NCBI GenBank assembly: GCA_963769935.1
Contig: CAVYNY010000022.1
Coordinates: 320,001-384,000, forward strand
DNA: 64,000 bases
Direction: 5' to 3'
DNA from: an uncultured delta proteobacterium
GTDB taxonomy: Bacteria > Desulfobacterota > Desulfobacteria > Desulfobacterales > JAFDCJ01
Shown piece by piece: positions 58,691 to 64,000 of this stretch. The notes beneath the pieces are model-generated. The model saw only the letters and a program-made list of their open reading frames with translations, searched no databases and was not told the origin of the DNA. The stretch's first letter is position 1; every line of letters starts with the position of its first letter. The translations under genes were made by a program, and so were the position numbers.

Positions 58691-59131
58691 ATGGAAAAAA
58701 CACTTTCAATCATTAAGCCGGATGGTGTCCAGCGTGGACTCATCGGCCAAGTCGTCAAACGGCTGGAAAAGAGCGGTCTAAACATCGTGGCCATGAAAAT
58801 GATCCACATGACCAAAGAGCAGGCCAAGGGCTTTTACGCAGTGCACCGGGAGCGGCCCTTCTTTGAGAGCCTGACGGATTTTATGAGTTCCGGCCCGGCG
58901 GTCGTCATGGTTTTGGAAGGGGAAAACGTTATTGCCAGATATCGTGACTTGATGGGCGCCACAAACTATAAAGAAGCAGCTGAGGGTACGATTCGAAGAG
59001 AATTTGCCACCGACATCGAAAAAAATGTGGTTCACGGTTCCGACGCACCGGAGACGGCCGCCTTTGAAATATCATATTTTTTTAATCAATTTGAAATCGT
59101 AAATGTCCAAGCCCACCAAAATAAATCTTGA
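58691..59131 (+). CDS. ndk: Nucleoside diphosphate kinase
   Basis: [34 protein letters not shown]. Confidence 0.95.
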   Translation: MEKTLSIIKPDGVQRGLIGQVVKRLEKSGLNIVAMKMIHMTKEQAKGFYAVHRERPFFESLTDFMSSGPAVVMVLEGENVIARYRDLMGATNYKEAAEGTIRREFATDIEKNVVHGSDAPETAAFEISYFFNQFEIVNVQAHQNKS

Positions 59132-59879
59132 TAACATCTCAATTGTTTTACACCGTACGCGTTTTCCCGAAAACATTGGGGCTGCCGCCCGGGCTATGCG
59201 CAACATGGGCATCTCGCAGCTGATCGTGGTGGAGCCTCAGAATTGTGATCTGACCAAAATCTGTAAGATGGCCACCCACGAGGCATTGGATGTGGTGGAG
59301 CAGATGAAAGTCTGCCCGTCGTTGAAGTCGGCTCTGGCTGAATTTAATTTTGTGGTCGGCACCACCGCCCGCCTGGGCGGGCAGCGGAAAGTCGTCAGTT
59401 CGCCGGCCAAACTGGCGCCGAAGCTTATTTCCCTTTCCGCTCAAAATCGAATTGCCATACTATTCGGACCTGAAGACCGCGGTCTCACAAATATCGATAT
59501 CCGTTCTTGTGATATTCTGGTTAACATACCCACGGCCGAATTCTCTTCCCTCAACCTGGCCCAGGCGGTTATGATCATGTGCTACGAGTTGTTTTGCTTC
59601 AGCCCGGATAAATCCGGGGAGTTTGCACCGCGTTTGGCCAACCGGCATGAACTTGACGCCATGTACGAACAGCTGAAAGATGTGCTGATGCGTATCTGTT
59701 TCATCAATCCGGAAAATCCGGATTATTTTATGAGCAACCTGCGGCATTTTGGCTCGCGCCTGCAGCTCCGGGCCAGAGAGGTGAGAATTATCCGAGGCAT
59801 TTGCCGGCAGATCGACTGGTATGGGCGCAAGTGTCACGCGGATGGACGCAAGCAGGGAAGGGAGGAGCCTGAGGATTAA
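59103..59879 (+). CDS. trmJ: TrmJ/LasT family SPOUT RNA methyltransferase
   Basis: [38 protein letters not shown]. Confidence 0.88.
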   Translation: MSKPTKINLDNISIVLHRTRFPENIGAAARAMRNMGISQLIVVEPQNCDLTKICKMATHEALDVVEQMKVCPSLKSALAEFNFVVGTTARLGGQRKVVSSPAKLAPKLISLSAQNRIAILFGPEDRGLTNIDIRSCDILVNIPTAEFSSLNLAQAVMIMCYELFCFSPDKSGEFAPRLANRHELDAMYEQLKDVLMRICFINPENPDYFMSNLRHFGSRLQLRAREVRIIRGICRQIDWYGRKCHADGRKQGREEPED

Positions 59880-59961
59880 CCCGGACGAGCCGAGATAGAA
59901 AAGATGAACATCGAACATCCAACGTCGAATCTTCAAAGACGGATAAGTTTGGGAGGGGCAA

Positions 59962-61071
<1,110 letters not shown>

Positions 61072-61080
61072 TTATTTGAC

Positions 61081-62877
61081 TCAATCCGTGTCGGACTTGA
61101 GCACGGCCAGAAACGCCGACTGCGGAATCATTACTTTGCCGACCATCTTCATGCGTTTTTTGCCTTTTTTCTGCTTCTCGAGCAATTTGCGTTTTCGCGT
61201 AATGTCACCCCCATAGCATTTGGCGGTGACATCCTTGCGAAAGGCCGACACGGTTTTGCGAGCGATAATGTTGCCCCCGATGGCTCCCTGAATCGCGATT
61301 TTAAACATCTGACGCGGAATTTCATCGTGCAATTTTTCGCAGGCCGTTCGTGCGCGGGCAACGGCATTGTCTCTGTGCACAAGCAGGGATAAGGCATCCA
61401 CCCGTTCGCCGTTGATAAGTATGTCAACTTTGACCAGGTCCGTGGGCCTGAAATCGATTAAATCATAATCAAAGGATCCATAGCCCTGGGTTACTGATTT
61501 GAGCCGGTCATAATAATCATAAACCACCTCCGCCAGAGGCAATTCGAAAATCATCTCGAGCCGGTCGCTGGTGAGATACTGATAATTTTTATTTACCCCG
61601 CGCCGATCGAGGCTTAATTTCATGACCGCTCCCATGTAACGGTCCGGCACGATAATCGAAGCTCGAATAAAAGGCTCTCTGGTTTCGGCGATGAGGGTCG
61701 GATCCGGGTACAGGGCCGGGTTGTCGATGGTTTTTTCAGCTCCGTCATTCATACGCAAGTGATATTGAACTGAAGGTGCGGTGAGAATCAGAGAAAGGTC
61801 GTATTCCCTTTCGAGTCTTTCCTGGACGACTTCCAGATGCAACAGACCCAGAAATCCGCAGCGGAAGCCGAATCCCAGTGCAACGGAAGTGTCTTTTTCA
61901 TATATCAGGGCGGCATCATTTAATTTGAGTTTTTCAATTGCGATCGCCAAATCTTCGTATCCATCAGATGCCACAGGATAGATGGAGGAGAAGACCACCG
62001 GCTTGGCTTCCTTGAAGCCGGGCATGGGCGCATCGCAGGGCCTGTCCTTTAATGTGATGGTGTCTCCGCAGCGGGTATCGCTGACGGTCTTGATGCCCGC
62101 TGTCATATAGCCTACCTGGCCGGCGGACAGCTGTTTTTGTTTTATCATGGCGATTTGAAATAAGCCGACTTCTTCAACCTTGTAGGTCGCATTGTTGGAC
62201 ATGAAACGGATTCGGTCCCCGGTAGCCAGACACCCATGGAAGACCCTGAGGTGTACGATGGTGCCGCGATAAGAATCATAATGGGAGTCAAAAATCAGGG
62301 CTTTCAGCGGCAAGTCGGGGTCACCGGTCGGCGGCGGCAATCTGAGGACAATTGCCTCCAGCAACTCTTCGATCCCGATTCCCTCTTTAGCGGATATTAG
62401 AAGGGAGTCATCCGGATTCAGACCGAGATCGTCTTGTATTTGTTCTTTTACACGGTCAATATCTGCCGACGGCAAATCTATTTTATTGATGACCGGAATA
62501 ATTTCCAGGCTATGCTCCATGGCCAGATACAGGTTGGCCAAAGTCTGGGCTTCAACGCCCTGACTAGCGTCAATCACCAGGAGGGCACCTTCGCAGGAAG
62601 CGAGGGAGCGTGAGACTTCATAGGAGAAATCAACGTGGCCGGGAGTGTCGAGAAGATTTAAAAAATAGGATTTACCGTCTTTGGCGACGTACGGCAGACT
62701 CACCGTGTGGCTTTTGATAGTAATGCCGCGTTCCCTTTCAATATCCATGCTATCGAGAATCTGGTCCTGAAACTCCCGCGCGGAGATAATATTCGTAGCT
62801 TGAATGAGTCGGTCTGAAAGGGTAGATTTACCGTGATCAATATGGGCGATGATACTGAAATTTCTTATATTTTGCAT
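61081..62877 (-). CDS. lepA: Elongation factor 4 (LepA)
   Basis: [50 protein letters not shown]. Confidence 0.98.
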   Translation of the reverse strand: MQNIRNFSIIAHIDHGKSTLSDRLIQATNIISAREFQDQILDSMDIERERGITIKSHTVSLPYVAKDGKSYFLNLLDTPGHVDFSYEVSRSLASCEGALLVIDASQGVEAQTLANLYLAMEHSLEIIPVINKIDLPSADIDRVKEQIQDDLGLNPDDSLLISAKEGIGIEELLEAIVLRLPPPTGDPDLPLKALIFDSHYDSYRGTIVHLRVFHGCLATGDRIRFMSNNATYKVEEVGLFQIAMIKQKQLSAGQVGYMTAGIKTVSDTRCGDTITLKDRPCDAPMPGFKEAKPVVFSSIYPVASDGYEDLAIAIEKLKLNDAALIYEKDTSVALGFGFRCGFLGLLHLEVVQERLEREYDLSLILTAPSVQYHLRMNDGAEKTIDNPALYPDPTLIAETREPFIRASIIVPDRYMGAVMKLSLDRRGVNKNYQYLTSDRLEMIFELPLAEVVYDYYDRLKSVTQGYGSFDYDLIDFRPTDLVKVDILINGERVDALSLLVHRDNAVARARTACEKLHDEIPRQMFKIAIQGAIGGNIIARKTVSAFRKDVTAKCYGGDITRKRKLLEKQKKGKKRMKMVGKVMIPQSAFLAVLKSDTD

Positions 62878-62959
62878 TGAGTCGCGATCTTGTAAATTCG
62901 CCTTGGCGCGTGTGATAGTTCGATAAAAATGATGATATCAGCAAGCCGGCAAAAGAAAG

Positions 62960-62988
62960 TTGACAGTGTTTATCTTTCCGGCTATACT
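62960..62988 (+). promoter_or_regulatory. Sigma-70-type promoter for the REC-GGDEF gene
   Basis: TTGACA-N17-TATACT. Confidence 0.7.
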
Positions 62989-63083
62989 TCAACATATAAT
63001 TAATAAATTTAGCCTTTTACCAATATTTACCGGCTTCTGTCAAGTCTGCAGTAGCTTTATATTGGTTTTATCCGGTAATTTCT

Positions 63084-64000
63084 ATGGCACCATCCAGCGG
63101 AAATATACGCGTCTTAATCGTCGATGACGAAGAGGCGGTGCGCAATACCATGAATGAGTATATCCAAACGGCCGGCTATATTTCCGAGGCGGTCTCCTGT
63201 GCCGAAGAAGCCCTGAAAATACTGAGGACCGACAACTTTCAGGTTGTTATCACGGACATTATCCTGCCTGCCATGGGCGGCCTGGAACTTACCAAAGCCA
63301 TCAAAAAGACCAAAGATTCCGATGTCATTGTGATGACCGGTTACAGCGATGACTATTCCTATGAAGAAGCGATCAATATCGGTGCCAGCGATTTCGTTAT
63401 TAAACCGGTCCGTCTCGAGGAGCTTTTGCTGCGGTTAAAGCGGGTCCTCAAGGAGCGCGAGCTCACCAAGGAGCGGGTCCGAATGATGGAAAAGCTGCAA
63501 AAGCTGGCTGTCACCGACGGTTTGACGAAGCTTTACAATTCAAGATCATTTTACTCCCAGCTGGAAACGGAGGTTGATCGCGTTAATCGTTACAAGCACC
63601 CGCTCTCACTGCTGCTGCTCGACCTTGATCACTTCAAAGATTACAACGATAACTACGGTCACCTCGAAGGCGATAAGGTACTGGTTCGATTCAGCCAGAT
63701 CATTAAATCCTGCTTGAGAACCAACGACTCAGCCTACCGCTACGGCGGAGAGGAGTTTACGGTTATTTTGCCGGAAACAGGCGGGGCAGAGGCCAAAACG
63801 GTTGGGCAGCGAATTCGAGCAGCGTTGGAAGCCGAGCGATTTTCACCGCCTAACGGAGAAGCGGTTACCATCACCATCAGCATCGGGGTTACGGAATACC
63901 ATCCCAAGGAAGAACTGTCTGCCTTTATCAAACGCGCCGACAAAGCCATGTATCTCTCCAAGCAGAACGGACGCAACAAGGTTTCCGCGCTTTATGCCGA
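63084..64000 (+). CDS. Response regulator receiver + GGDEF diguanylate cyclase (runs off the window end; absent from the ORF track)
   Basis: Own translation: MAPSSGNIRVLIVDDEE..., VITDIILP, FVIKP, TDGLTKLYN, DLDHFKDYNDNYGH, RTND I-site, RYGGEEF. Confidence 0.9.
   Translation, partial: MAPSSGNIRVLIVDDEEAVRNTMNEYIQTAGYISEAVSCAEEALKILRTDNFQVVITDIILPAMGGLELTKAIKKTKDSDVIVMTGYSDDYSYEEAINIGASDFVIKPVRLEELLLRLKRVLKERELTKERVRMMEKLQKLAVTDGLTKLYNSRSFYSQLETEVDRVNRYKHPLSLLLLDLDHFKDYNDNYGHLEGDKVLVRFSQIIKSCLRTNDSAYRYGGEEFTVILPETGGAEAKTVGQRIRAALEAERFSPPNGEAVTITISIGVTEYHPKEELSAFIKRADKAMYLSKQNGRNKVSALYA

Overview
Bacterial chromosomal window, most consistent with a Desulfobacterota (Desulfobacterales-like) genome. 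This host call is inferred from gene content and a UGA-containing HesB gene. Bases 1-35.6 kb form a large surface-polysaccharide (EPS/capsule) region. It holds GT4/GT2 glycosyltransferases, three SAM methyltransferases (one fused to a kinase-like domain), two AsnB-type amidotransferases, WbqC/PIG-L/DegT genes and a sigma-54-preceded WecA-like initiator. It also holds a degenerate HD-GYP protein, an ExeA-like ATPase, an apparent FG-GAP-propeller/Wza fusion, Wzc and a Wzy/WaaL-like protein. Embedded in it is an ABC exporter + radical SAM/SPASM + S26 peptidase + nucleotidyltransferase module with no visible substrate. Bases 35.7-64 kb are mostly metabolic and housekeeping genes: NUDIX, rlpA, aminotransferase + ALDH7, a Dcd-like/LOG fusion, two GGDEF proteins, peroxiredoxin, a B12 radical SAM, mutY, a HesB-like selenoprotein, ndk, trmJ, leuB and lepA. 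Several intergenic gaps are filled with mosaic 7/8/9-nt tandem-repeat arrays, and there is one GTAG-type REP doublet. Four genes between 13.8 and 30.9 kb are broken by apparent +1 insertions, which may be read errors or decay. No rRNA, tRNA, CRISPR array or transposase was recognised. All family assignments come from motif reading by eye, not database searches.
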